The translations under genes were made by a program, and so were the position numbers. From Octopus vulgaris (lineage: Eukaryota), in assembly GCA_951406725.2 (NCBI GenBank), contig OX597831.1, positions 71,548,001 through 71,612,000 on the forward strand: a stretch of 64,000 nucleotides of DNA, read 5' to 3'. A model generated the notes under the pieces. The model saw only the letters and a list, made by a program, of their open reading frames with translations. It did no database searches and was not told where the DNA came from. Of this stretch, positions 11,723 to 25,162 are shown one piece after another. How positions within the stretch are numbered: position 1 is the stretch's first letter; each line of letters opens with the position of its first letter.

Positions 11723-12815
11723 CATAGGCATGGCTGTGTAGTAAGAAGCTTGCTTCTCAACTACATGGTTCCAGGTTCAGTCCCACTGCATGGCACCTTG
11801 GACATGTGTATTCTACTATAGTCTCAGGTTGACCAAAGCTTTGTGAGTGGATTTGGTTGACGGAAACTGAAAGAAGCCCATTGTATGTGTGTGTGTGTGT
11901 GTGTGCATGCGTTTGTCTTCCACCACTGCTTGGCAACCAGTGTTGGTGTGTTTACCTCCCTATAACTTTGCAGTTTGGCTAAAAGAGACCGATCGAATAT
12001 GTACTAGGCTTCAAAAAATAAGTCCTAGTGTTGATTTGTTTGGTTAAAATCAATCCTTCAAGGTGGTGCCCCAGCATAGCTGCAGTCTAATGACTAAAAC
12101 AAGTAAAGTGTTTTACCTTTTACTTATTTCAGTAATTAGGCTGTGGCCATGCTGGGGCACTGGCTTGAAGAATTTTTGTCTGATGAAATGACCCCAGGAC
12201 TTATCTTTTAAAGTCTGACGCTTTATCTAATCCACCTCTTGAGCCAAACTTCTAAGAGGGATGTAAGCAAACCAATACCTGTTATCGTGGGGAACAAAGA
12301 CAGACAGACACAGAAACACTCAAACACACACACACTTATTTATATATATATATATATATATATATGAGACAGGCTTCTTTCAGTTTCCATCTACTGAATC
12401 CACTCATAAGACTTTGGTTGTCCCAGGGCCACAGCATGGCCACAGCCTAATTACTGAAATAAGTAAAAGGTAAAACACTTTACTTGTTTTAGTCATTAGA
12501 CTGCAGCTATGCTGGGGCACCACCTTGAAGGATTGATTTTAACCAAACAAATCAACACTAGGACTTATTTTTGAAGCCTAGTACATATTCGATCGGTCTC
12601 TTTTAGCCAAACTGCAAAGTTATAGGGAGGTAAACACACCAACACTGGTTGCCAAGCAGTGGTGGAAGACAAACGCATGCACACACACACACACACATAC
12701 AATGGGCTTCTTTCAGTTTCCGTCAACCAAATCCACTTGCCCAAGGTGCCATGCTGAAGACTGAACCTGGAACAATGTGGTTTGGAAGCAAACTTCTTAC
12801 CACACAGCCACATAT
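11721..12815. mobile_element. Tail-to-tail SINE family 1 pair; the second copy contains an exact inverted duplication
   Basis: + copy at 11721-12108. The - copy at 12112-12815 is split by 12432-12737, which is the reverse complement of 11846-12154. Confidence 0.85.
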
Positions 12816-12846
12816 ACACTAGGTGTATGTGTGTACGTGTGTGTAC

Positions 12847-12877
<31 letters not shown>

Positions 12878-13399
12878 TTAAGTCGATTACATCGACCCCA
12901 GTGCATAACTGGTACTTAATTTATTGACCCCGAAAGGATGAAAGACAAAGTCGACCTCGGCGGAATTTGAACTCGGAACGTAACGGCAGACGAAATATGG
13001 CTACGCATTTATTGACCCCAAAAGGATGAAAGGTAAAGTTGACCTTGAAAAATAAAGAGTGGGAAAAAATCCATGCTAATGATTCTACCAGCTTGCTGCC
13101 TTTCTCATAGCAATCATGAGTTCACAATCATGAGGTAGTGAGTTCAATTCCTGGACCAAGCTGTGTGTTGTGCCTAGTTTACCTCATTTACCCCTATGAT
13201 TGACTTTTGCTCTTCTAGCACCCATATTACTCACTGCTTTAACTCTTCTCCCTTTTGTCATTCATTTGTGTCACTCATCTGTCTATTACTGTCTAAAACA
13301 TCCATGTTTTATCTGTCTTGCTTCTTGCATCCATGCCCCATGTCATTCATTCCTCAGTCACAATCTCTCCTAATATTAATTAGGGTAAATGCTAAAGAC

Positions 13400-13930
13400 C
13401 CCCTTCAGTTATGAATAACCATGGGATTACACCTAGAAAGTTGCCCTTGTCTGGGCAAGGTTGTTTATGAAAGACCAGTAATTACCCATGCAATAACATG
13501 CATGTTTCTAGATGCAGGCCTAGCTATTGGGGGTATTTGTCTCCCCTTCGTAAATATATAAGGACACAGGAAATGTGTCAAGGCCGACAGGAAGCGTCGA
13601 TGCTTCCTAGGGCTAAACAGCGGTGGTGTAATTCCCTTACAGGACTGTCACGTTAAGTTGACAGTACACAACCACTATATATATATATATATATATGAGA
13701 CAGGCTTCTTTCAGTTTCTGAATCCAGTCATAAGACTCTCCACGTCACTGATGTTATCCGATGGTAAGGAAAAAGGCCAATACATCTTGGTACCAGTGAT
13801 GTCGCAACTCATTTCTGCTGCTGAGTAAATAGGAGCAATATGAAAATAAAGTGTCTTGCTCAAGAACACAACACACAGCTTGGTTCAGGAATCGAACTCA
13901 CTACCTCATGATTGTGAACTCATGATTGCT
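13400..13930 (-). mobile_element. Older tRNA/CORE SINE (family 4), interrupted
   Basis: Minus strand GAGTTCGATTCC B box and GTGTTCTTGAGCAAGACACTT CORE-like motif. Interrupted by 13505-13737. Confidence 0.55.
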
Positions 13931-14396
13931 ATGAGAAAGGCAGCAAGCTGGTAGAATCATTAGCATGGATTTCTTCCCACTCTTTATTTTTCAAGGTCAA
14001 CTTTACCTTTCATCCTTTTGGGGTCAGTAAATGCACAGCCGTATTTTGTCTGTCGTTACGTTCCGAGTTCAAATTCTGCCGAGGTCGACTTTGTCTTTCA
14101 TCCTTTCGGAGTCAATAAATTAAGTACCAGTTATGCACTGGGGTCGATGTAATCGACTTAATCCCTTTGTCTGTCCTTGTTTGTCCTCTTTGTGTGTAGT
14201 AAAGAAATAAAATACCAGTCAAATACAGGGGTTGATGTAATTGATTATCTCCTCTCCTAAAATTGCTGGCATCGTACCTAATTTGGAACTTATTTGTTAT
14301 GAGAAAAGTAAGAGATGCAAAAATGATGAGAATGGAGATGTGAATGGGGAGATGAATATTTCTCTTTTTATAATATTTCCCTTTTTCTCTTTGCAG

Positions 14397-14489
14397 CCCG
14401 TTACAAGTACGAATACTGAATGACAAAATGATACAGCTGGAGAGAACCTTTATTGATCCTGAAGGAATAATTGGCAAAAGACAATACAA
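14397..14489 (+). CDS. M28B peptidase exon (dimerisation domain)
   Basis: ttgcag acceptor and gtgagt donor. Encodes NPLQVRILNDKMIQLERTFIDPEGIIGKRQY, similar to GCPII [26 protein letters not shown]. Confidence 0.95.
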
Positions 14490-14526
14490 GTGAGTCAGGC
14501 TTGGTTTTAGAAGCATATATATATAT

Positions 14527-14832
14527 GGAGGCGCAATGGCCCAGTGGTTAGGGCAGCGAACTCGCGGTCGTAGGATCGCAGTTTCGATTCCCAGACCAGG
14601 CGTTGTGAGTGTTTATTGAGCGAAAACACCTAAAAGCTCCACGAGGCTCCAGCAGGGGGTGGCGATCCCTGCTGTACCCTTACGCCACAACTTTCTTTCA
14701 CTCTTTCTTCTGTTGGCCTGCTCGCTTAGCCAGTGGGGTGGCGTCATTCGAAGGCTAAAACAATGCAAAATGCATTGTGACTAGCGATGTGTAGCAACAT
14801 CTGATGGTCTGGTTGGTCACGTGATCACGTGA
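14527..14832 (+). mobile_element. tRNA-derived SINE family 3, tail type A
   Basis: A box TGGCCCAGTGG and B box GTTTCGATTCC. Inserted in (TA)n about 37 bp downstream of a donor site. Confidence 0.85.
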
Positions 14833-15929
14833 TATATATATATATATAAAACTTTTTCCTCTTTGTTTTAATTTTTTGTAATATTTTTTTCTATTTACAT
14901 TTTTCCATCGTTATTTTAGTCCATTGCCATCCATTATGGTTGACTGAAATATATTCATTGGACCCCTTTTACATTCCAAGTTCAAAAGTTCAAATCTTGC
15001 CAAGATTGGCTTTGTTCTTCATTCTTCCAATATCAATAAAATTAAATATCATTCAAATATTGGGGTTCATTTAATTACACATACTCTCCTCCGCAAAATT
15101 TCAGATCTTGTGAATAGTAGAATGAATTGGCTGAATGAGGGATAAAAAAAACTTTGGTTTATATTTGCTCCCAATTACATACTGTGTTCAAATATTGCTG
15201 TGGTCAACTTAGACTTTTGTCTTTTTCTAACCAATAAAATACCAGTTATTCTATTGCAATGTCCTTTCTTGCCAAATAATACGGCCAAGTGTTTATGCTA
15301 GAAATTATTCTTATTTGGCAGAATTGTTAGCATGTTGGACAAAAAGTTCAACTGTATTTCTTCCAGTTGCTTTAATTCTGAATTCAAATTCTGCTGAGGT
15401 CAACTTTGCCTTTTATCCATTTAGCATTGATTAAATATAGTTACTAATCCAGTACTGGGGTCAATTGTAATTGTCTTAATCCTTACCCAACAAACACCTC
15501 AAAATAGGTGGCCTTGTGCCAAAATGAGAAAGCATCATCATCATCATCATTATTATTACAATAGTGAGCTGGTTGAACCATCACGACGATGGACAAAATG
15601 CCACCTAATGCCACCCTCTTGATGTTCCACTGAGGTTGAATTTGCTTTTCATCTTTTCAGGGTCAAGAAAATAAATACCTGTCAAATACTGGGGTTGATA
15701 TGTCCAACTCACTTCTTCCCTTGAAATTGCTGGCCTTGTGCCAAAATTTGAAATTATCATCATTATTAATAAGGTTGTGAGCTAGCAAAATTATTAGCAC
15801 ACTAGGCAAAATGCTGAGCAGCATTTTGTCCCTCTTTATGCTTTGAGTTCAAATGGCGCTTTGGTCAACTTTGCTTTTCACCTTTTCAGAGGCATCATAA
15901 TTAATTCCTCAAAATTGCTCAGTATGAAA

Positions 15930-16640
15930 ACATGTATGGGAAGGGCCTTCCTTAGATTAGTGTATTAACATTTTACGCAATATGGAAAATATTCTATAAA
16001 CATAACTTGAGAGTTTCATTCAGCTGGGCAACTAGTGTCAATAAGATGTTAGTCCATGGACAGAAGCAAAATGTTCATGTAGGATTTACAGTGTTGCATT
16101 GACTCAGTGAATGGTCAATGCAACACTGAAGCCATGGTCTCTAATGCAGAAGTGGTTTTAACCAACACCCACAGAGTGAGTTGTATACAGCAATATGTTT
16201 GGGCAATGATAGGCTCTTTTAAAGGCAGGTTGAATAATCATAGATCCTCTTTAAGAATCCAAAAGAGGGGTAATGTCGTAACTTTAACCAGTTATATATG
16301 GTGATTCGAAGGCGGTGAGCTGGCAGAAATGTTAGCACACCGGGCGAAATGCTTAGCAGTATTTCGTCTGCCATTACGTTCTGAGTTCAAATTCCACCGA
16401 GGTTGACTTTGCCTTTCATTCTTTCGGGTTGATAAATAAAGTACCAGTTATGCACTGGGGTCGATGTAATCAACTTAATTCCTTTGAATGTCCTTGTTTT
16501 TCCCTTCTATGTTTAGCCCCTTGCGGGCAATAAAGAAATATATATATGGTGATTGGAAAAGAGGAAACAATGCTATACAGATCAGCTGAAAATTACTGGA
16601 ACTTTCTGGGTCATATCTAAATGAAAGAAGAAGAAACATT
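15930..16640 (+). mobile_element. Penelope-like GIY-YIG endonuclease remnant, split by a family 2 SINE
   Basis: NGQCNTEAMV.NAEV...QYV....GSFKGRLNNHRSSLR...TLTSYIW. The SINE at 16309-16541 is flanked by the TSD TATATATGGTGATT(C/G)GAA. Confidence 0.7.
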
Positions 16641-16846
16641 CTTGGTCATAGCTACAGACTGTGTGTGTGTGTGTGTGTGTGTGTTACTACAGATTGGATA
16701 GAATCTTATACATCCAAACAGAAATACTCTCCCCTCATCTATATCCATCTATGTTATATTCCTCACATCAGTGCCTACTTTGCATTTTGGTTTTATCTTA
16801 TGGGAATGATTCAATAAGTATCAAACCAATATAAATTTAACTAACT

Positions 16847-17251
16847 TACTCTTTTACTTGTTTCAGTCATTTGACTGCGGCCATGCTGGAGCACCGCCTT
16901 TAGTTGAGCAAATCGACCCCGGGACTTATTCTTTGTAAGCCCAGTACTTATTCTATCAGTCTCTTTTGCCGAACCGCTAAGTGACGGGGACGTAAACACA
17001 CCAGCATCGGTTGTCAAGCAATGCTAGGGGGACAAACACAGACACACAAAGATATACACACACACTTATATATATATATACATATATACGACAGGCTTCT
17101 TTCAGTTTCCGTCTACCAAATCCACTCACAAGGCATTGGTCGGCCCGGGGCTATAGCAGAAGACACTTGCCCAAGATGCCACGCAGTGGGACTGAACCTG
17201 GAACCATGTGGTTGGTTAGCAAGCTGCTTACCACACAGCCACTCCTGCGCC
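16847..17251 (-). mobile_element. SINE family 1, full length, 73 bp upstream of the last acceptor
   Basis: Near-identical to 64-476. Confidence 0.92.
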
Positions 17252-17324
17252 TATTATCATCGTTTAACGACGCAATTAATATTATTATTGTTACTAACAT
17301 CTTCCCTCTTTCTTCCAATTGCAG

Positions 17325-17538
17325 ACATGTCATTTTTGCACCCATGGAACACGATGCTTATTCAGATGCTTCTTTCCCTGGAATCAAGGAGTGTATTTGG
17401 AAAATCGAAAATGAAAATGCTGACGTTTGGGAGGAGCTGAAACAACAGATCTCAGTTGCTACGTACACAATCCTGACGGCTGCTGAGTCACTTGATGAAA
17501 TTGGATTAGGGTTTAACAGAGCAAACCATACCGAGTGA
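17325..17538 (+). CDS. M28B peptidase terminal coding exon with stop codon
   Basis: ttgcag acceptor. Encodes KHVIFAPMEHDAYSDASFPGIKECIWKIENENADVWEELKQQISVATYTILTAAESLDEIGLGFNRANHTE*, similar to GCPII [21 protein letters not shown]...WGEVKRQI. Confidence 0.95.
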
Positions 17539-17762
17539 TCTGGTGATCCGTCAAGCCTATTACATCAGTGGTCAGAATCCAGAGCTTGTTAACTGAGTGA
17601 TCCATCAATCAAATATTGATGATGTGGATCACATTCCATGCATTTTTTAAGTGATCCATCAACGCTAAATCATCATGATTCATGGTCTTTACAAAATATT
17701 ATTTTAGACTATTTTTTAAATCCAATCTTTTATTATTATTATTATCATTATTATTGTTATTA

Positions 17763-17811
<49 letters not shown>

Positions 17812-18479
17812 TTTCAATTTTTTATTATTATCTTTTCATTTTTTTCTACAAATGATCGTTTTACTGAGAGTTGAACGAGATATTTGGAAAAAGAGAAAAG
17901 AAAAATGATGAGGTGTTATTTAATCCAAAAGAAAACATCGAAACTACACTGGTATATTGGTTAGCTATATAACATATTTTCTCACAGGTTTTTAATACCC
18001 TAAGGGATCAGTTTTGATCCTACAGATCAATTTCCCCTTCAGTTTGCTACCACAACATAACAGTATAGATACCAATTTACTGTCATTAGCTTCCATTCCT
18101 TGGTGCTAATTCCTTGGCATTTCCCTACACTCCAAATTTCTACAGCTTCAGGTTTTTTTCTGTTGTTTCTGGGATATTTCTGGGATTATATTCAATGTTT
18201 TAGTAAATTATAAACTCTTCTTTTGTTCTTTTTCTATATTTGTTTTTGTTTTTCTCAGGAAGGGGGAAAGAAAAAAAAAACATCTCTACTTGTACTTGAG
18301 TACTTTTTTTTTTTTTTAACCTTTTCCAAGTCCAGAGGACTTTTTAACTTTTGAAACTGTCACTAAATGTAGACCAAGACATCTTAAAACAGAACTCAAA
18401 TAGCTGCTCAGATATAACTAGGTTAATATGTATCATCTGAGTTTGTCTCATTAACTATGTGTTTTGTAATGGAGGATAT

Positions 18480-19020
18480 ATAAATTCAGTAAGTCTTGTG
18501 TGTACAAGTGACAAATATCATCATACAACAGGACTTGCATATATAGGTAATAAGTGCAATGCAATACACCTAAATACACCAGCACAAGTAATATCTCTAC
18601 TACAGCAGACCTCACAACACTTGTACAGGTCATATCTGCAATATCGGCCTCATCAGAGCTGTGCAAGTGTTGTTATCAAATACATCAAACTTCATCATAT
18701 CTATGACATCTGTTATACAGCTGACTTTATCACATCTGTGCTTGTTATATCTGTAATGAAACAGGCCACATCACACCTGTACAGATGATATCTAATGTTG
18801 CAGGCCTTATAACACTGTACAGGTTATATCTGTAACACAGCAGGTCCTCTCAGTCCAGTACAGATGAGAGGCCAGTGCAGATGATATCTGTAATGTTGCA
18901 GGCCTTATAAAGGTTATATCTGTATTGCAGATATACGGATAATATATGGAATATAATAGGCCTTATCATACCTGTAATAGATCAGGCCTCATCATAGCTG
19001 TACAAGGAAGAATGGCCACA
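18480..19020. repeat. Degenerate minisatellite, about 38-40 bp period
   Basis: Recurrent ACACCTGTACAG.T.ATATCTGTAA...CAGGCCT.ATC units. Confidence 0.65.
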
Positions 19021-20616
19021 GGTCCCCGCTCTGTACAGCATCATGATTGAGTTATGGCAGGCTTATCTATTTATGAGATGATTATTAAATACTAGCTCAG
19101 CTCATTACAGGAGACTCCAGCAGCCGTGGTTTGTTAAAGAGCTGATATGTAGGGAGTTGAAAGGATTAAGTTAATTTTTATTTCAGTTAGTTATCACCTA
19201 ACCAAATAATAATTTAGATACTTTGAATGTTCACCTGTCGTAATTATCTCTTATTTACAATACACACACACACACACACTTATATATATTCAGTACACAC
19301 TACATGTTGCTATACTTCTGAAATTATTGCTAGCTCACATCATTTGACTTAAGTCATCAATATTTTAAACTGATGCAACCATGGAATATTGTTGGTGAGT
19401 CAAATATGTCCCTGATGTAAGATCTGTGTGCTGCCCTGCAACATATGATGAGCTTCCTACTACAGGGGAGTTAACTTCCCATGATTAATAGTAGTATTAA
19501 TTTGTTTGGAAGGTGACGAGTTGACTGGGTCATTAGTAAGCTGGGCAAAATACTTAGCAGCATTTTGTCCATCTTTACATTCTGAGTTCAAATTCCGCCA
19601 AGGTCGATTTTGCCTTTCATCCCTTCAGGGTCGATAAATGAAATACCAGTGAAACACTGGGGTTGATATAATTGACTAGTCCTCTCTCTAAAAATTTAGG
19701 TCTTGTGCCTATAGTAGAAAGGATTAATTTATTTAGTGTAAACATAATTTATATCAAGATAAAATACCTTTTAGTTGTTTTTTGTTAGTTTTTACCTGCT
19801 TTTTAAAATTCATACAGACTAGAATTTTTTAAAACTAGTCCAACTTTTACTTCTTTGTTAATTCAAGTACACAAAACAGTTTAGCTAGAATTTAAATCTG
19901 TGATTGATTGAATGACTGAAGAAATGACTATGAGGTTAAAGAAGTGCTAGAGTGACTTAGAATATGGAGACATGGCTAAACAACTGAATACAAAGTAATA
20001 AATAACCAAATGTGATGCCAATGACAATAGCATCGTGTAACTCATTCATACAATTGAAATGTTTGACTGTTATTGAAAGAAGGAAGAGAGGCTACATTAA
20101 CGATCACATATCCAGGAAACTACAGTTATTATGTTCAAAGTTTTGGTTAGTTCCACATGAGAAATACTGAATCATAAAATAGTCTGGGAAATCTTTACCA
20201 TCAAAATGCTTATAGCAATAAAATGGAGGGTTGCAATGTAGAAAAAAAAATAACCATGATTTTAGAACAACCTTAGAAATATATGAAAGTTATTTGTGAG
20301 GGTTTTCATTGCCAAGCTGGTTTCAAATGCTTCAATTTTTTTTTTAATCTCACAACTGGTCTGAGAAAATTTTACAAACACACTGCTAGCAGTCATTAAA
20401 ACAGAAAGATTTTCTATGACAATAGACAACTCAACTTCTGAAAAGCATTAAAAATGTGTGATGGTTGCCATAGAAACATTTGCTACTATCACTCATTTAA
20501 GACCCCAGAGCTGTTTAACGTAACTAAAAACAAAGAGAAATTTCCCAAAAAATATATCAAGAATAATATATCTGTGGAGCAGAAGATTTGGTTGGCTTAT
20601 TTTATATATATATATA

Positions 20617-21450
20617 AGTTCAGGGAGCTCCTACCTCTGCTGGCAACTAAGGGCCTCTCACCCAGGGTGAAAGGTAGACTATGATGCATGTATGCAAACT
20701 GCCATGCTACATGGTAGTGAAACATGGGCCATGAATGCTGAGGACATGCGTAAGCTTGAAACAAATGAAGCTAGTATGATCCACTGGATGTGTAATGTCA
20801 GTGTGCCCTGAGAGAAAAATGGACATAAGAAGAATCAAATGTGGTGTGCAAGAGAGGTATAGTCATGTGTTACGTATGAATGTAGACAGCTGTGTGAGGA
20901 AGTGCCATTCCTTAACTGTGGAAGGAACCTGTGGAAGAGGTAGACCCTGGAAGACAGGGGATGAGATGGTGAATCATGACCTTCGAATATTGGACCTCAC
21001 TGAGGCAATGATGGAAGACCAGGACCTTTGGAGATATGCTGTGATTGAGAAGACTCAGCAACTAAAGTGAGATCACAGCCACACATGTCCAGCCCTGTTA
21101 TGAATACCCCTGATGCATGATATGATATGTTTGGGTAAACCTCTGCAGTCAAGTAAAACCAATATCATAGCTGTGGCCAGTGCCCCCTGACTGGCTCCCA
21201 CGCTGGTAGCACATAAAAAGCACCATCCAAACATGGTTGATGCCAGTTCCATCTGACTGGCCCCTGTGCCGGTGGCACGTAAAAAGCACCCACTACACTC
21301 TCAGAGTGGTTGGCATTAGGAAGGGCATCCAGCTGTAGAAACATTGCCAGATCAGATAGGAGCCTGGTGCAGCTGCTGGCTCTCCAGACCTCAGTCAAAC
21401 CGTTCAACCCATGCCAACATGGAAAACGGACGTTAAACAATGATGATGAT
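20617..21450 (+). mobile_element. 5'-truncated RTE-clade LINE
   Basis: LHGSETW...HVLRM...VEGTCGRGRP.KT...LWRYAV C-terminus, followed by a 3' UTR ending GGACGTTAAAC(AAT)(GAT)n. Confidence 0.85.
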
Positions 21451-21505
21451 ATACATACATATATAGATATATACATATTTACTAATATGTACATACATCT
21501 GAGTG

Positions 21506-21551
<46 letters not shown>

Positions 21552-21589
21552 CACACATACACATGCATACTCATATATACATGCTGTAT

Positions 21590-21955
21590 GTTATGAAGTT
21601 TGCTTCCCAATCACATGGTTCTGGGTTCAGTCCCACTGTGTGGCACCTTAAGTAAGTGTTTTCCTGGGGTCAACCAAAGCCTTGGTAGTGGTTTTGGTAT
21701 ACGGAAACTGAAAGAAGCCTGTTATGTGTATGTATATGTTTGTCAGTGTGCTTGTCTTTCACCACCATTAGACAATCAGTGTTGATGTGTTTATGTCCCT
21801 GTAACATCAGAGGTTCGACAAACAAGACCGATAGAGTAAATACCAGGCTTAAAAAAACAGTATTGGGATGACTAAAATTGTTGAAGGTGGTGCCCCAGCA
21901 TGGCTGCAGTCTAATGATTAAAGCAAGTAAAAGACAAAATAAATAAATATGTATG

Positions 21956-21999
<44 letters not shown>

Positions 22000-22377
22000 C
22001 ACAGGAGTGGCTGTGTGGTAAGTAGCTTGCTTACGAACCACATGGTTCCAGATTCAGTCCCACTGCATGGCACCTTGGGCAAGTGTCTTCTACTATAGCC
22101 TCGGGCTGACCAAAGCCTTGTGAGTGGATTTGGTAGACGAAAACTGAAAGAAGCCCATTGTATATATATGTATGTGTGTATGTTTGTGTTTGTCCCCCTA
22201 ACATCGCTTGACAACTGGTGCTGGTGTGTTTATGTCCATGTAACTTAACGGTTCAGCAAAAGAAACTGATAGAATAAGTACTAGGCTTCCAAAGAATAAG
22301 TCCTGGGGTCGATTTGCTCGACTAAAGGCGGTGCTCCAGCATGGCTGCAGTAAAATGACTGAAACAAGTAAAAGAGT
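21590..22377 (+). mobile_element. Two tandem SINE family 1 copies
   Basis: Diverged copy at 21590-21935 and younger copy at 21998-22377. Confidence 0.85.
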
Positions 22378-23818
22378 ATATATATATATATATATATATA
22401 TATAACTTCTGTTATATTCATGCACATTCCAGTTTTCACCTTTTACCAAACATTGTATTTTTTATATTTCCAGGTGGTATGTGAGAGTTACAAACTTTTT
22501 CTCACCTTTTCCTAATTAGTTACTCTTTTAGACATTGAAAAACATTTTCACTGATGGATGGACAATAGGTAAAGGCAGATACAAAGCATGTGGCCACTGT
22601 TCCATGAAACTTGAATGGGAATGACTGAGTATTTGCAGCCAGGGACAACACTTAAGAGAAAAAGAATTTGATGAAACAGAAAAAAAAGTAGATAAAATCG
22701 ATAAAAGTATCCGACTTTTAAGCCTGGATATCAGATTAGTGGAACTTCAGTGTCATTTGTACATCTAAATGTGCAAACACATTCTTACATCTTTTACTCT
22801 TTAACAGGCTCCAGATATATTGGTTCACTAATATTATTTAAAATGTGCATGTGTACAGTCATGCCTTGGTTAGTGTAGTAGATGTGCTACAAATGCTACA
22901 TGGCATCGTTTTAACATAGCATGAGATGCAAATTATTATTAAGTGATATGGACTAATATGAAAGAGATATACATTGTCAAAAGAAGGAAAGATTCAAACT
23001 CACTATCACATCTTTTAAGCATCTTTGAAGTTTTTAGATGTCTCTCACAATGTAATGTTATGTACTGTGATCTAAAGTTAAGCTCAAATTAAAAATAAAA
23101 CAGTTTAATTAATTAAGATCAAATGATGCTAAAATAATGAAGCCGTTTAAATCTACCAAGTTCAGTAGTACATCCACAAACCTACTCAGTTGGTAAAAAG
23201 TTTTGAGAAATAGGATAGAAATGGTTATACCAGGGTTGAGTGTCTCATTGTGACAGCTCCTCACACAATGATTGCTTTTTTCCTTTTCAAGAATACATCT
23301 AATTCCATCTCTGTATTCTTGTGCCTTTTTTGTTTCACAGAGCAATTCACCATTGCGTAACATCATGTCCAGAACACTTTGCTTTGCGACTGGGTCCCTG
23401 AACAGAATCCCTCACACTAAGTAGGTCCATGATTCCCATATTGTTGAAGATCTCTTGCTAAGGAATTCAGTTTTAAAAATACTTTGCCATTATTGTAGTT
23501 TGGATCATCTGAGGTTGCTCTGTTTAATCTACAGATTTCACAACATAATTGTCTCGGATTGGTTTGGTTTTCTGTTTCTTCAACAAGTTGTCTGAAATTT
23601 CATTGTAATCCATGGGTTGGACCAGATATTTAGTGTTTGGTTGTGACTGCTTCAACAAGACTACAGGCTTGAAGGGTATCTAGATTCTGGGAGTGATCTG
23701 GAACATTTTTGATCACCAACAATTCCAGAATTTCAAGATTTTGTTGTTTCTTTTTTGCAATATCTTTTTACTGGAGACAAAATTATGAAACAAACAAATG
23801 CGTTTTTGATATTGCCCT

Positions 23819-23964
<146 letters not shown>

Positions 23965-25162
23965 GTCAAAGGGGTACTTCAGTCTTGCAGGTTTCAAGGT
24001 CATCTTATTAGTACTTGTGCCACAAAAAGCACCTAATACACTCCATAAAGAGGTTGGCAGAATCGTTAGCACACCGGGCAAAATACGTAGCCGTATTTCG
24101 TCTGCCATTATGTTCTGAGTTCAAATTCCGCCGAGGTCGACTTTGCCTTTCATCCTTTCGGGGTCGATAAATTAAGTACCACTTACAGACTGGAGTCAAT
24201 GTAATCGACTTAATCCGTTTGTCCCCTCTGTGTGTAGCCCCTTGTGGGTAGTAAAGAAATAGGTATTAGCAAGGTCATCCAGCTGTAGAAATTTTATTGA
24301 AACTGTAACAGTGGTGCAAGACATGATCCACTGACCTGTTGGACCCTGTCAAATCATCCAACCCATACAAGCATGGCAACTGGACATAAAATGTAAATGA
24401 AAGATAAACCAGCACTGGTTCCAGGCATCCTGGTGCATTACTGTCAAGAAAATAATTTTAATTGGTGTTTTCTGGTCTTGAACCTAGAAGTATTTTCTTT
24501 TTTCTAAGGAACTGAAACTGCAAGAAGACATAATTGTTAAGGAAAGACTTGTTTCATCTTCATTGAATACAAGCCAAAGAGTATGATTTCCATTATTGAT
24601 AATACTCTTAGGAATCTCAGTAAATTCCTTGGCTGCTTGTCTGCATGAGCATGAATCCTTGTTTCTTACATTTTAGCTTACAATTATAATAAGGTAGTGC
24701 TGTCCCACTGAAAATATTTTCTCCGGGAAAAAAGAGAACTATAGCAAATTAGCACTAAATGGGTTGCCACTCAGAAAGTTTTACACTGTGTGTGTGTGTG
24801 TGTGTGTGTGTGCATATCCTCACCAACTCTTTATGAAATAAGAGAAAGCCATATAGCTCCTCTGTAACAAGACATTATGCACTTGTCCCTCTAGTATACT
24901 TTAGCCTCTCAACCCTTGGCATAAACATACCTTTCCCTCTCAAATACTCTCCACCCATTTAATCAAAGGGGATTTTTCTTTCTCCTTTTTCTGCTCTTTT
25001 CCTGTCTTGTAAGTTACTTGGTGACCTCACTAGTGCCAGTAATATGAGAAACGGTAAGGTGGTTGGCAATAGAAAAGGCATCCAGCCATAGAAAATTCAA
25101 ACTGACATAAAAGCTTAACAAAACCCTATGGCTCACTGAATTGTATCAAACCATCGAACTCC

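Noticed and set aside
14527-14600. tRNA-like sequence with A and B boxes
   Set aside because: It is the head of a multi-copy SINE that continues into a body and tail, and the acceptor stem is not convincing.
17011-17324. 175-aa ORF that appears to extend the last peptidase exon upstream
   Set aside because: The upstream part is an antisense SINE plus intron and starts at TTG. Homology begins exactly at the AG acceptor at 17324.
18480-19020. Regularly spaced repeats resembling a CRISPR array
   Set aside because: The context is eukaryotic, the units are degenerate tandem repeats with no unique spacers, and there are no cas genes.
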